DNA from: an uncultured Gammaproteobacteria bacterium
GTDB lineage: Bacteria; Patescibacteriota; Microgenomatia; UBA8517
NCBI GenBank assembly: GCA_964422865.1
Contig: CAYRCU010000001.1
Location: forward strand, 5,159-69,158
Direction: 5' to 3'
DNA length: 64,000 nucleotides
Shown here: positions 47,117 through 56,759 of the stretch, one piece after another
How positions within the stretch are numbered: the stretch's first letter is position 1
Layout of the letters: each line of letters starts with the position of its first letter
Notes under the pieces: model-generated
What the model was told of the DNA's origin: nothing
The model's database searches: none
Seen by the model: the letters and a program-made list of their open reading frames with translations, nothing else
Translations under genes and position numbers: made by a program

Positions 47117-47857
47117 TTACTGCTTAAGCTCCAGCATAAACGCCGATGTTCCTAACTTCTGTAAAAAATAAGAGGAAACCAGTGAAAACTTTCCGGTAAA
47201 AATTAGTATCCCAAAAATTACCAACAATATTCCTGAGATTTTGTTTATCACCGGAGCATAGGTGTTAAATTTCTTGATTGAAGGAAACACTTTATCAAAA
47301 AAAAGTCCCAGTAATACGAATGGTGTTCCAAGACCAAGAGAAAAAAACAGCAAGAGAGGAAGAGCCTCGATGAATGTGGATTGAGATCCTGCCCAGAAAA
47401 GAATGGCTGCAAGTACCGGCCCGACACACGGTGTCCAGGCAAATCCAAAAGTTGTTCCCAATAAGAAGGCACCAGATGCGGCGCCGCGGTTTCCTTTAAA
47501 TTTTGTTTGATAAGTTTTGTTTAGAAATGGGATGGATACCAGTTTGGCAAACTGCAGACCAATAACTATTAATAGTAATCCTCCAACTTTATTAATAAGC
47601 GGCCGATAGAGCGTTAAACTTCTGGCAAAAGTATTAACTGTTAGACCAAGTAGAAGAAAAATGAATAAAAAACCTGAAGTAAACACCAGCGCATTTTTCG
47701 TAAATACGGCTTTGTGTTTGGCACTCAATCCTTCCGGAGCACTGCCCGCAAGATATCCCACATACGCGGGAGCAATTGGAGCTAAGCATCCTGCAAAAAA
47801 GGTTAAAATGCCTGCCGTGTAGGCAATGGCAAAATTAAATATTGACAGAGGAACCAT
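47117..47857 (-). CDS. ccdA: Cytochrome c-type biogenesis/thiol-disulfide transporter CcdA (DsbD TM domain)
   Basis: Six TM helices with Cys in TM1 (FFAGCLAP) and TM4 (FAWTPCVGP). Confidence 0.7.
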   Translation of the reverse strand: MVPLSIFNFAIAYTAGILTFFAGCLAPIAPAYVGYLAGSAPEGLSAKHKAVFTKNALVFTSGFLFIFLLLGLTVNTFARSLTLYRPLINKVGGLLLIVIGLQFAKLVSIPFLNKTYQTKFKGNRGAASGAFLLGTTFGFAWTPCVGPVLAAILFWAGSQSTFIEALPLLLFFSLGLGTPFVLLGLFFDKVFPSIKKFNTYAPVINKISGILLVIFGILIFTGKFSLVSSYFLQKLGTSAFMLELKQ

Positions 47858-47872
47858 TATTAAAAGTGTTTG

Positions 47873-48637
47873 TCATGACTTAGACAACATATCATCAATT
47901 GCTTGTTTTAATTGCGGATAAGGAACTGCCCCAGGAATCAACCTGGTGTTACCTGTTTTTGTATCAAGCAGGATGTTGCCCGGTGTTCCCGTTACACCTG
48001 CTTTTATCCCACTTTGATAGTCATCTTCTACATGTTGAGTGTATTTTCCACTATCAAGGCATGACTTGAAGGCTGATTCATCTATTCCTATCTCGGAAGC
48101 CAGTTTTGGTAAATCACTTATGTTAAGACCGTTATTGCTTGGAGTTGTTTCAAAGATTTTATCTATTAGTGCCCAGAAGCCTTTTTCACCTGCCAGCTCG
48201 TTTGCGCACTCTGCTGCCTCGGCTTCTTTGTCTGCTTTTGAGTGAATTTGGTCAAGGGGGAAATGTCTATAAATCCACATTACTTGTCCATCATATTCCT
48301 CGATCGCCCGTTGTGCTGTTGAATGAAAACTTTTACAGAAAGGACATTCCAAATCTGAATATTCTATTAAGGCGATTCTTGCGTTTTTGTTGCCTCTAAT
48401 GTGATCGTTTTTTCTTACAGGTTCGACATCGCCCGCTGTGGGCTGGGTGGGTTGCTTTGCTCCAGAGCCTGTTCCGGCCGAGCCGTTAATTTCTGCCAGA
48501 CCAGCAGAGGACGTCTTGTTTTCAAGATTCTGCACTTTTTGCCAGAGTATGCCTACGGCGAAAGCGAAGCCCACTAAAATAATAACTAAAATCGGCGCCG
48601 ACTTTTCAAGAAGATTTTCTTTTACCTTAGAAGACAT
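47873..48637 (-). CDS. DsbA-family thiol:disulfide oxidoreductase (membrane-anchored)
   Basis: Thioredoxin fold with CPFC active site (ECPFCKSFH). N-terminal TM. Confidence 0.7.
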   Translation of the reverse strand: MSSKVKENLLEKSAPILVIILVGFAFAVGILWQKVQNLENKTSSAGLAEINGSAGTGSGAKQPTQPTAGDVEPVRKNDHIRGNKNARIALIEYSDLECPFCKSFHSTAQRAIEEYDGQVMWIYRHFPLDQIHSKADKEAEAAECANELAGEKGFWALIDKIFETTPSNNGLNISDLPKLASEIGIDESAFKSCLDSGKYTQHVEDDYQSGIKAGVTGTPGNILLDTKTGNTRLIPGAVPYPQLKQAIDDMLSKS

Positions 48638-48670
48638 ACTACAGAGTGTAGTAGGAGTTTTGATCCTTTG

Positions 48671-49546
48671 TCAACAGTTAAAATGTGTGGAACATTGATA
48701 TTTACTGCAGTTTGTTTGGTTTGAGTTATCTGTAATTTGAACCGTGTGGCTCTGTGCGGGAAAGAGAAAGAGCAAAGCGCCAATTATCAGTGTCACCCCT
48801 GAAATAGCAAAATTCATTTTTAGAGGCTTGTAGTCGGATCTTTCAGAAAAATTAGGGAACAGATCGAATTTTTGCTGTGCTTTTATCTTTACAAGGGCTA
48901 GTTTGAGATGTTTTGCACTTTGCTGCTTGCCCGTGGCAAAATTATCCGCTTCTTTTTCCAGTGTAATTCTCATCTTGCGTGTGTAGTCTTTAAAGATCGG
49001 GATAAAAAATAAGGATGAAGATAAAATTTCACTTATAACAACTATTAATGGATGCCTTCCTTGCAAGTGATAATACTCATGAAGAATAACTGATTCTAAT
49101 TCTTTTTTGTTTAGCTTGCCCATGAGTCCTGTTGAAATTATTATTTTTGGCTTTAGCCAGTCAGCGGTCAGGGCAATGTCGCTTTTTGAATTAATAAGTA
49201 TTACTTTGTCATTTTTAATTTTATTTTTTTTAAGAATTTTTAGGAGTTTTAAGTTGTTCTTTGGAGCTTTTTTTTGCAACAAATCTGACAATTTTCTTTT
49301 TGTTTTTATGTAGGAAAATATTACTTTTACAAAAAAAACAATTGCTATAAAAATTGTTAATATAATCAACAAGAACCCGATGTGATGCACTATGGAAAAA
49401 AGCAAGTTTGAAGAGACTTGTCTGCATGCTTTAGCGAAGTGAATAAAAGTCAACAAGGCATACTTATTTAAAAGCAAGATTAAAAGGTAGATGGAAATTG
49501 TAAAAATTGACAAGGTGCCAAGAAAAAATTGCGTTTCCTTTCTCAT
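48671..49546 (-). CDS. BlaR1/MecR1-like M56 peptidase signal transducer (CopY-partner type)
   Basis: Polytopic membrane protein with HEYYHLQGRH zinc-peptidase motif. Confidence 0.65.
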   Translation of the reverse strand: MRKETQFFLGTLSIFTISIYLLILLLNKYALLTFIHFAKACRQVSSNLLFSIVHHIGFLLIILTIFIAIVFFVKVIFSYIKTKRKLSDLLQKKAPKNNLKLLKILKKNKIKNDKVILINSKSDIALTADWLKPKIIISTGLMGKLNKKELESVILHEYYHLQGRHPLIVVISEILSSSLFFIPIFKDYTRKMRITLEKEADNFATGKQQSAKHLKLALVKIKAQQKFDLFPNFSERSDYKPLKMNFAISGVTLIIGALLFLFPAQSHTVQITDNSNQTNCSKYQCSTHFNC

Positions 49547-49893
49547 GTTTTTTGTTCGTGTTCTTTTAGTTCGTCGGTAAAAGCAGCTACCGCTTCTTCC
49601 CCATATTGGTCAATTAATGAGTTTACAATTTTATTGATTACAGTTTTGACGGTTTTTTTTCTTGTTTTTTTGGGAGAGTATAAATATGCCTTCCCGATTT
49701 TTCTTCTGGTCAGCAGTCCTTTTTGGGTGAGCCTTGTCATAATGGTCATAACAGTTGTATAGGCAATTTTTCTTTTTTTCAGTAAGCACTTGTGAACATC
49801 ATGGACTTTGCAATCAGTAGTTTCCCAAAGACAATTCATAATTTCTTGCTCAAGCGGACCCAAACTGTACTTAGTCATTTGTCTTAATAGCAT
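49543..49893 (-). CDS. BlaI/MecI/CopY-family transcriptional repressor
   Basis: 116-aa wHTH (YTTVMTIMTRLTQKGLL). 4-bp overlap with the M56 gene. Confidence 0.7.
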   Translation of the reverse strand: MLLRQMTKYSLGPLEQEIMNCLWETTDCKVHDVHKCLLKKRKIAYTTVMTIMTRLTQKGLLTRRKIGKAYLYSPKKTRKKTVKTVINKIVNSLIDQYGEEAVAAFTDELKEHEQKT

Positions 49894-49940
49894 TTTATCA
49901 CTCTTGACATATAAGTGCCAGGGATGGAAAATACTGTCAT

Positions 49941-52103
49941 ATGGACGATCAAAATCAGCCGAGGATTATACTGGAAACCCCCAAAGAGGAGGGGCCTTTT
50001 TTGCCGAAATATACGATAAATTTAACAAAGCAGGCAAAAGAGGGAAATCTTGACCCGGTTATTGGAAGAAATACGGAAATCAGACGCATAATGCAAATTC
50101 TTTCAAGGCGGACAAAGAATAATCCCGTGCTTATCGGAGACCCCGGTGTCGGGAAAACCGCTCTTGCCGAAGGGCTTGCTCAAAGAATTGCTGACGGAGA
50201 TGTCCCTGTTTCTTTGAAAGACAAAGATCTTTTGATTCTTGATATGTCCTTGCTTTTGGCGGGCTCTAAGTTCAGGGGAGAATTTGAAGAAAGATTGAAG
50301 GGTGTTATTAAAGAAATAGAACAGGGTGAGGGGAAATATATTATGTTTATTGATGAGTTACACACGATTGTGGGTGCAGGATCCAGCGAGGGAGCTGTTG
50401 ATGCCTCCAACATGCTTAAGCCTGCCCTCGCCAAAGGAACCTTAAGAGTCATTGGAGCTACAACGATAGATGAATACAGAAAATATATTGAAAAAGATGC
50501 TGCTTTAGAGAGAAGATTCCAGCCTGTTTTTATATATGAGCCTTCGATGGAAGACGCTATAGCGATTCTTCGAGGGATTCGAGAGAAATATGAGCTACAT
50601 CACGGTGTCAAAATAACCGATGATGCTTTAATTACTGCGGTAAAGCTTTCAGACAGATATATTACAGACAGATTCCTGCCGGACAAGGCAATTGACCTTA
50701 TAGATGAGGCCATGTCATCACTGAGGATTGAAACCGAATCTTCACCTGCGAAGCTTGATCTTAAAAAAAGAAAGGTAACCCAGCTTGAAATCGAGCTTGC
50801 GGGATTAAAAAGAGAAAAAGGGAAAGTCGTGGAGGAGAGAAAAAATGAGATTAAAACAAAAATTGATAATCTTAAAAAGGAAGTGGCCGGTCTTGAAAAG
50901 GAATGGGGAAAACAAAAAGAAATTCTTAAAAAACTTAATGAAAACAGAAAAAAAATAGATGAAGCAAAAATTGAACTGGAAAAGGCTGAACGTGATTTTG
51001 ATCTTGAAAAGGCAGCTGAAATAAAATACGGTAAACTTCCCGAGCTTAATAAAAAAATTGATAAATTAAAAAAGGAATGGAGCAAGATCCCGGATGAGAA
51101 ACGGCTTTTGAGGGACGGCGTGACTGATGAAGATGTTGCGGAAGTCGTATCAAAGTGGACAAATATTCCTGTAAGTAAAATTCTTTCTTCAGAAAAAGAA
51201 AAGCTAATCAACCTTGAAAAGGAACTTGAAAAAAGAATTGTTGGCCAGGACAGGGCTCTCAGGGAAATATCTAAAGCTATAAGAAGAAACAGGACCGGTC
51301 TTTCTGAAGGCAGAGGTCCTATTGGAACGTTTCTTTTTTTGGGCCCAACGGGTGTTGGAAAGACCGAAACCGCAAAGGCTTTAGCGGCAACTCTTATGGG
51401 CAAGGAAGATGCAATTATTAGACTTGATATGAGTGAATATCAGGAGGAACATGCTGTGGCAAGATTGATTGGTGCTCCGCCGGGATACGTGGGTTATGAG
51501 GAGGGTGGATATCTTACGGAAGCTGTTAGGAGAGGATCATACAGCGTGGTTTTACTGGATGAAATTGAAAAAGCGCATCCCAATATCTTTAACGTACTTT
51601 TGCAGGTGTTTGATGACGGGAGATTGACGGACGGAAAAGGAAGGATTGTTAACTTTAAAAATACAATAATTATTATGACTTCTAACCTGGGTAGCGAGAT
51701 TATCCGCAGGAAGGCCGGGGTGATAGATGAAGAGCTTGATCAAAACATCGAAAGACTTCTTCACCAGACATTTAAGCCGGAGTTTTTAAACAGGATTGAT
51801 GCCACAGTTGTCTACAAACCCTTAACACCAAGTGTTTTAAAGAAAATTGTAGATATCCAAATTGAAGAATTGAGAAAAAGACTTTCAGAACAAGAGATTG
51901 CCATATCTTTTGATGAAAAAGCAAAAGAGTATCTTGTAAAAAACGGGTATGATCCTGTTTTTGGTGCAAGGCCTTTAAAAAGACTGATTAACGATCAAAT
52001 ATTAGATGAAATCTCTCTCCGGATCCTTGAAGAGAAAATCGAAAAGGGTGACAGTATACTTGTGAAAGTGGACGAAAAAGGAAAACTTTCTATAAGAACG
52101 TAA
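49941..52103 (+). CDS. clpB: ClpB-type AAA+ disaggregase lacking the N-terminal domain
   Basis: Two AAA modules (GDPGVGKTA; GPTGVGKTE) separated by a long coiled-coil M-domain. 720 aa and starts directly before NBD1. Confidence 0.85.
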   Translation: MDDQNQPRIILETPKEEGPFLPKYTINLTKQAKEGNLDPVIGRNTEIRRIMQILSRRTKNNPVLIGDPGVGKTALAEGLAQRIADGDVPVSLKDKDLLILDMSLLLAGSKFRGEFEERLKGVIKEIEQGEGKYIMFIDELHTIVGAGSSEGAVDASNMLKPALAKGTLRVIGATTIDEYRKYIEKDAALERRFQPVFIYEPSMEDAIAILRGIREKYELHHGVKITDDALITAVKLSDRYITDRFLPDKAIDLIDEAMSSLRIETESSPAKLDLKKRKVTQLEIELAGLKREKGKVVEERKNEIKTKIDNLKKEVAGLEKEWGKQKEILKKLNENRKKIDEAKIELEKAERDFDLEKAAEIKYGKLPELNKKIDKLKKEWSKIPDEKRLLRDGVTDEDVAEVVSKWTNIPVSKILSSEKEKLINLEKELEKRIVGQDRALREISKAIRRNRTGLSEGRGPIGTFLFLGPTGVGKTETAKALAATLMGKEDAIIRLDMSEYQEEHAVARLIGAPPGYVGYEEGGYLTEAVRRGSYSVVLLDEIEKAHPNIFNVLLQVFDDGRLTDGKGRIVNFKNTIIIMTSNLGSEIIRRKAGVIDEELDQNIERLLHQTFKPEFLNRIDATVVYKPLTPSVLKKIVDIQIEELRKRLSEQEIAISFDEKAKEYLVKNGYDPVFGARPLKRLINDQILDEISLRILEEKIEKGDSILVKVDEKGKLSIRT

Positions 52104-52104
52104 T

Positions 52105-52446
52105 TTGTGCTTAATTAATAATATGCAAAACAGTATTTTTGTTCTTCTGCTGGCAGGTGCTGCGGGTGGATTGGTTAGGGGTGTTGTGGGCTTTTTAAAG
52201 CACCAGTTTGCTTACAAAAATGTGGGGTTTAAGTTTTGGTACATTACGACTATTATGGTGCTTTCCGCTTTGGTTGGACTTACTGTTACTTGGGCTGTTG
52301 TTTCTTCTGGTCTTGAAATTGTTGCCCTCACGCAAATCAATCCGGCGATTGCATTTATTGTGGGATATGCCGGAGGAGATTTAATTGAAAATATTTATAA
52401 AATTCTTGTCGGCAAAACCACTCTTTACTCTCTCCCCAAGAAGTAG
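52105..52446 (+). CDS. Small membrane protein (hypothetical)
   Basis: Three TM helices. Start overlaps the clpB stop. Confidence 0.45.
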   Translation: MCLINNMQNSIFVLLLAGAAGGLVRGVVGFLKHQFAYKNVGFKFWYITTIMVLSALVGLTVTWAVVSSGLEIVALTQINPAIAFIVGYAGGDLIENIYKILVGKTTLYSLPKK

Positions 52447-52462
52447 ATGATTTGCGTGCGCT

Positions 52463-53410
52463 TTATTTAGAAAGGTCTTGAATAACTTTTTTAGCTACAT
52501 CCCATTGGTTGGGAAAATTGAAGTGATCTTTTAGCTTCCCTTGCTTTACCCATTTAACCTTTCTGATTTCCTTGGTATCTGGTTTTAAATCATTCCTTTC
52601 ACCCGTAAATTTAACTAAGAAAAAGCTTTCCCGTTGTCCTTTGTATGTTTTATTATTGTCTTTTAGCCTTTTTGCGACAACAAAATCCGGCCAATTATAT
52701 TTCGAAGTGTATTTGCTTCTTTTGACTATTTTAAATTTTCTTGTACCCAGTTCTTCGCTCAACTCTCTTAATAGAGCATTCTCTGCGGTTTCATTCTTCT
52801 CAATACCTCCGCCCGGAAAATTCCAATCGTTTTCACCATAACTTTCGAGCTGAACTATCAAAAAATTGCTATTCTTATCCGTAATAATTCCTGTAGATTT
52901 TCGCCTATATCCAAGACTGCCATTTTTTATTAAATAGTTAGTATAAGCATTTTGAACTGCCTGGGTAAAAGGTGTTTCTCTTGAAATCAAATTCTCATCA
53001 ATCTTGTGTTTTTTGGCATAAAGACGAATTGCGTCCCCAAACCAGCTGCCATTTTTTATTTCATCTGAAACACTTTTAGGAAGATGGATTTCAATTCCCT
53101 TTCCCATGTACTCGTTATCACTTCGATCAACTAAACAGGCAAAAGCAATAAGATGATATCCTTTCCCGTAATCATGAAGCCCACCTTCCAATCCAAACCA
53201 GAAATCGGCATTAGACTCTACTTTTTTGGCATTTTTTGCACGATTCTTGGCACCTTTTAAAATAATATTTTTATTTAAGGGTTGAGTTGTAATTTCTGAA
53301 TCAACCTTTACACCAGTTACTTCTGGCTCTAAATGTAATTCCTTTAGAGCATTTTTGAGAATACTAATCTTGTCAGTACTTCTAGAACCAAGTACGACTT
53401 TCATAAGCAC
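52463..53410 (-). CDS. Fusion of YjjX-like inosine/xanthosine triphosphatase (DUF84) and NUDIX hydrolase
   Basis: N-terminal half shows ADFWFGLEGGL, compared with E. coli YjjX ADFWVAIEAGI. C-terminal half shows the Nudix box GGGIEKNETAENALLRELSEELG. Confidence 0.65.
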   Translation of the reverse strand: MLMKVVLGSRSTDKISILKNALKELHLEPEVTGVKVDSEITTQPLNKNIILKGAKNRAKNAKKVESNADFWFGLEGGLHDYGKGYHLIAFACLVDRSDNEYMGKGIEIHLPKSVSDEIKNGSWFGDAIRLYAKKHKIDENLISRETPFTQAVQNAYTNYLIKNGSLGYRRKSTGIITDKNSNFLIVQLESYGENDWNFPGGGIEKNETAENALLRELSEELGTRKFKIVKRSKYTSKYNWPDFVVAKRLKDNNKTYKGQRESFFLVKFTGERNDLKPDTKEIRKVKWVKQGKLKDHFNFPNQWDVAKKVIQDLSK

Positions 53411-53437
53411 ATGTTAACACGAAATTAGTGGCAAATA

Positions 53438-53446
53438 TGGTATAAT
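53438..53446 (+). promoter_or_regulatory. Extended -10 promoter TGGTATAAT
   Basis: Matches TGnTATAAT exactly. Lies 7 nt upstream of a leader ORF. Confidence 0.55.
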
Positions 53447-53452
53447 TTAGCC

Positions 53453-53521
53453 ATGAAGAAATCGAGATTGGGTACAAGCTATTGCTACAACAAACCTCTC
53501 AGGGAGGCTTTGTTGTTGTGA
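53453..53521 (+). CDS. Putative 22-aa leader peptide (MKKSRLGTSYCYNKPLREALLL)
   Basis: Short ORF between the promoter and the terminator. Overlaps alternative pairing segments (GGGAGG / CCTCCC). Confidence 0.35.
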   Translation: MKKSRLGTSYCYNKPLREALLL

Positions 53522-53545
53522 GTTAACGGCCAAGAAGCAATAGCA

Positions 53546-53569
53546 AACCTCCCATTGGGAGGTTTTTTT
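53546..53569 (+). terminator. Intrinsic terminator / attenuator hairpin (AACCTCC-cattg-GGAGGTT followed by T7)
   Basis: 7-bp GC-rich stem, 5-nt loop, then a run of 7 T. Ends 14 nt before the racemase ATG. Confidence 0.6.
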
Positions 53570-53583
53570 GATGGGAGAAACTT

Positions 53584-54276
53584 ATGAAAAAAGTAGGAAT
53601 AATAGGTGGATTAGGACCGGAAACAACCACCAAATTTTATATGGAGGTAGTGTTTGCGTGCTCAAAAATAGCTGGAAAGCGCCCAAATATCATCATCTCG
53701 AGTGTTGGGCTGCCGCTTGACGTTGAAGAAGAAATCATTGTGAATGCGAAAAATAAAGAAAAACTGCTGCCTTTTCTTGTCGACTCTGCTCAACAACTAG
53801 AGAAGGCAGAAGTTGATTTTATAGTCATTCCCTGCAACACCGTTCATGTTTTTATCGATGAGATAAGAAAGGTAATTAGTATTCCTGTTTTAAGCATTAT
53901 TGAGGAGACTTCTGATTTTTTGAAATCAAAAGATGTAAAAAGAACAGGACTTTTGGGAACTCAGATGACCATTAAAGAGAAGTTGTTTGATAAAAAATTA
54001 AGCGAGAACAAAATTGAAATAGTTACTCCGAGCAAATCTGGCCAGTTAGAAATGGGGCTAATAATAAATCGTCTGGTTAAAACCTCATGCAACAAAATGG
54101 ATAAAAAAGAATTGCTAAAAATAATCAATGGGCTTGTCGCTAAAAACATCGACTGTGTTCTTCTGGCGTGTACCGATCTACAGCTTCTCGTTAGAAATCA
54201 TAACAAAGTAAGGATTTTTGATACACTTGATATTCTCACAAAAGCAACCGTACGAGAAATAATTGATACCGCTTAA
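53584..54276 (+). CDS. Asp/Glu/hydantoin racemase family protein (aspartate racemase-like)
   Basis: MKKVGIIGGLGPETT..., PCNTVH and LACTDL motifs with two catalytic Cys. Confidence 0.75.
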   Translation: MKKVGIIGGLGPETTTKFYMEVVFACSKIAGKRPNIIISSVGLPLDVEEEIIVNAKNKEKLLPFLVDSAQQLEKAEVDFIVIPCNTVHVFIDEIRKVISIPVLSIIEETSDFLKSKDVKRTGLLGTQMTIKEKLFDKKLSENKIEIVTPSKSGQLEMGLIINRLVKTSCNKMDKKELLKIINGLVAKNIDCVLLACTDLQLLVRNHNKVRIFDTLDILTKATVREIIDTA

Positions 54277-54884
54277 GAAACGTCTGTAATTTTCTTAGCT
54301 AAAACTACTTGATGTCTTTCTCCACCACTTATATCAATTTCCTTTTCAAGAATTTTAAATCCGGTGTTTCTGATAATCTCCAGATTTTTATCTGCTCCCC
54401 AATGGCTCCAAAACATTTCGGCTCCGTAAAAATTATCTTCTGTTCCTTCCCATTCTTTTGCTCCCATTGTTGCTAAAATCAAACCACCTTTCGGTAAAAA
54501 TGAATTGAAAGTATTAAATAATTTTCTATGAAGCTTGCGGTTGACGTGAAAGATTGCATAAAAAGACACAATAGCGTCAACTTGATATTCTTCGTCTTTC
54601 AATTCAGACATATTCTTTACTTCAAATTTTTGATTGGGAAAGTTTCTTTTGGCAAGTCTTATTTGTTTTTCTGAAATATCAAGACCAATTATTTTATGTC
54701 CCCTGTTAATAAAATACTCATCTATTGGTTTTCCGGCACCACAACCAATGTCTAGAATCGTGGATTTTTTTTTAAGTAAATCATTCAGTTTACTTAAATA
54801 TTTCTGGTTTTTGAATTGGTCACGACTACTCAAGTAAACATCTGCAATATTGTCATATCCTTTGCGTACTAATTTGTTAGCCAT
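54273..54884 (-). CDS. Class I SAM-dependent methyltransferase
   Basis: Motif I ILDIGCGAGKP. Confidence 0.6.
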   Translation of the reverse strand: MANKLVRKGYDNIADVYLSSRDQFKNQKYLSKLNDLLKKKSTILDIGCGAGKPIDEYFINRGHKIIGLDISEKQIRLAKRNFPNQKFEVKNMSELKDEEYQVDAIVSFYAIFHVNRKLHRKLFNTFNSFLPKGGLILATMGAKEWEGTEDNFYGAEMFWSHWGADKNLEIIRNTGFKILEKEIDISGGERHQVVLAKKITDVS

Positions 54885-54953
54885 TGGGATATTATATCAG
54901 TATAATTTGTAGTGTATTCACAAAAGACGGAGAAGATTTATTGAGAAAAGAAG

Positions 54954-55529
54954 ATGAAACAAATAATTTTCGCTACTGGCAACAAATATAAATTTGAAGT
55001 GGCTCAAAAAGTGTTGGAAAGAACCAATATTGAACTAGTTCAACATAAAATTGAAACTCCTGAGATTCAGAGTGCTGATGTGGAGGAGATATCTTCTTTC
55101 TCAGCCAAATGGGCGGCTGCAGAACTGGGAAAACCAGTTGCTCTAACTGATGCTGGTTATTATATCGATGCCTTAAACGGCTTCCCCGGGCCTTTTATAA
55201 AATATATTAATCAATGGTTATCTTCAGAAGATTTACTTATGCTTATGAAAGGCAAGAAAAACAGAAGGGTGATAGTAAAGGCGTGTCTTGCATACTGCGA
55301 ACCAGAAAAAGAGCCCGTTACATTTCCAAGTGAGGTAGTTGGGACCATTGCTCGAAAGGCGACAAAGACACAAAAGAAAGGCTCGACTTCTATAAACGAA
55401 ATATTTATTCCTCGAGGGTATAGTAAAGTTGAAACCGAAATTCCAAGAGAAGAAATGATCAAGTTTTGGGCAGGTGTTGAAACCTATTGGGAAAAGTTAG
55501 CAGATTACCTTGAAAAAACTGAGGTATAA
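54954..55529 (+). CDS. Ham1/RdgB-family non-canonical purine NTP pyrophosphatase
   Basis: IIFATGNKYKFEV N-terminus and DAGYYIDALNGFPGPF motifs. Confidence 0.75.
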   Translation: MKQIIFATGNKYKFEVAQKVLERTNIELVQHKIETPEIQSADVEEISSFSAKWAAAELGKPVALTDAGYYIDALNGFPGPFIKYINQWLSSEDLLMLMKGKKNRRVIVKACLAYCEPEKEPVTFPSEVVGTIARKATKTQKKGSTSINEIFIPRGYSKVETEIPREEMIKFWAGVETYWEKLADYLEKTEV

Positions 55530-55535
55530 TTACAC

Positions 55536-55748
55536 ATGACATATAAATATCAAATCCGAGTTCGGCTGATAGTCCCCCACAATAATAAACTACTTTTGGA
55601 ACATGTTGTGGATGAAGATTTTTATTTTTATCCAGGCGGGCGGGTGGGAGGGGAAAACCTTTATCCGGTGACACTAACAGAAAAGTTGGCTTCTGACTTT
55701 CATGAAGGATTCCCAAATCAGGGCGAGTATTTGGGAGCAATCAAGTAA
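55536..55748 (+). CDS. Short ORF resembling an N-terminal NUDIX fragment (possible remnant)
   Basis: 70 aa. YPGGRVGGENL resembles the start of a Nudix box but lacks REUxEE. Confidence 0.25.
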   Translation: MTYKYQIRVRLIVPHNNKLLLEHVVDEDFYFYPGGRVGGENLYPVTLTEKLASDFHEGFPNQGEYLGAIK

Positions 55749-55835
55749 CGGAGTGAGCTAATCCCCAGTGCCCCATAAGCTTTAGTAAATACATCTACTG
55801 ATCCGCGAACATTAAATTTCCATTTAATTGATGTA

Positions 55836-56699
55836 GTGTACCATAATATGTGTATGGATGTTCAGAGGGAATTTGAAAAACTAAATATAGCACCTGATCC
55901 GTTGAAAGATCAGTTTTTCTTGATGGATGAGGAGATTATTAAGAAGGTTGCCGGTTTTGCGGATTTAGATAAAAACGATGTTGTTTTGGAGATTGGTGCG
56001 GGGATTGGGAATTTAACACGGGAGATTGCAAGAGAAGCCGGCAGAGTAATTGCTTTCGAGATTGATGAGCAATTTAAGCCGTTTCTTTTGAAACTTCCTA
56101 AAAATGTTGAGGTTCACTATAAAAGTGCCTGGGATTACGTACAGCTTCGTGGAAAGTTTAAAAAGAAAAAAGAATATAATAAAGTTGTTTCGAACTTGCC
56201 CTATTCTTTTGTAGAACCTTTCTTACATAATTTAACCTTTCTTGAATACGATAAAGTTATTCTTCTTGTGCCGACAAAGTTTTTAAAAAAGATTGATGGA
56301 CATGATGTTTTTGGCTCATTTTTTAAAACAAAGGTTTTGCTTAAAGTTCCAAAGGAAAAATTCTATCCAGTTCCAAAAACCAATTCTGTGGTTATTGATT
56401 TAATCAAACTTCCCGATCCCATTGAAACAAGAAATCCGGGCTTATTCCTGCGCCAATATATGTACCAACATGAACAACAATTGGTTAAAAACTCACTTAT
56501 GGAGGGAATAATTAAATATGCAAGATTGGTCAGTTCAAAGAAAATGACTAAGAATGAAGCGAGAGAGAAAGTCGAGAAAAGTGGAATTAACAAGAATTTA
56601 CTTGAAAAACATCCCAATAATCCGGAAATTTATGCGTTGGTAGAAATGAAATTTCATGGTCTAGATTCAGAGTTCTGCAAGAAAAGTGATAAAATCTAG
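55836..56699 (+). CDS. KsgA/Dim1/Erm-family rRNA adenine N6-dimethyltransferase
   Basis: VLEIGAGIGNLT (motif I) and NLPYSF (motif IV). Confidence 0.7.
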   Translation: MYHNMCMDVQREFEKLNIAPDPLKDQFFLMDEEIIKKVAGFADLDKNDVVLEIGAGIGNLTREIAREAGRVIAFEIDEQFKPFLLKLPKNVEVHYKSAWDYVQLRGKFKKKKEYNKVVSNLPYSFVEPFLHNLTFLEYDKVILLVPTKFLKKIDGHDVFGSFFKTKVLLKVPKEKFYPVPKTNSVVIDLIKLPDPIETRNPGLFLRQYMYQHEQQLVKNSLMEGIIKYARLVSSKKMTKNEAREKVEKSGINKNLLEKHPNNPEIYALVEMKFHGLDSEFCKKSDKI

Positions 56700-56759
56700 C
56701 TAATTATACTAAAGTTTACTGAACTAAATAGATTTGTATGAAATCCAAAAAGAAAAATA

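Noticed and set aside
50600-51403. 267-aa minus-strand ORF inside clpB
   Set aside because: Antisense to the clpB coiled-coil region. Serine/Phe-rich low complexity typical of antisense frames of Lys/Glu-rich coding sequence.
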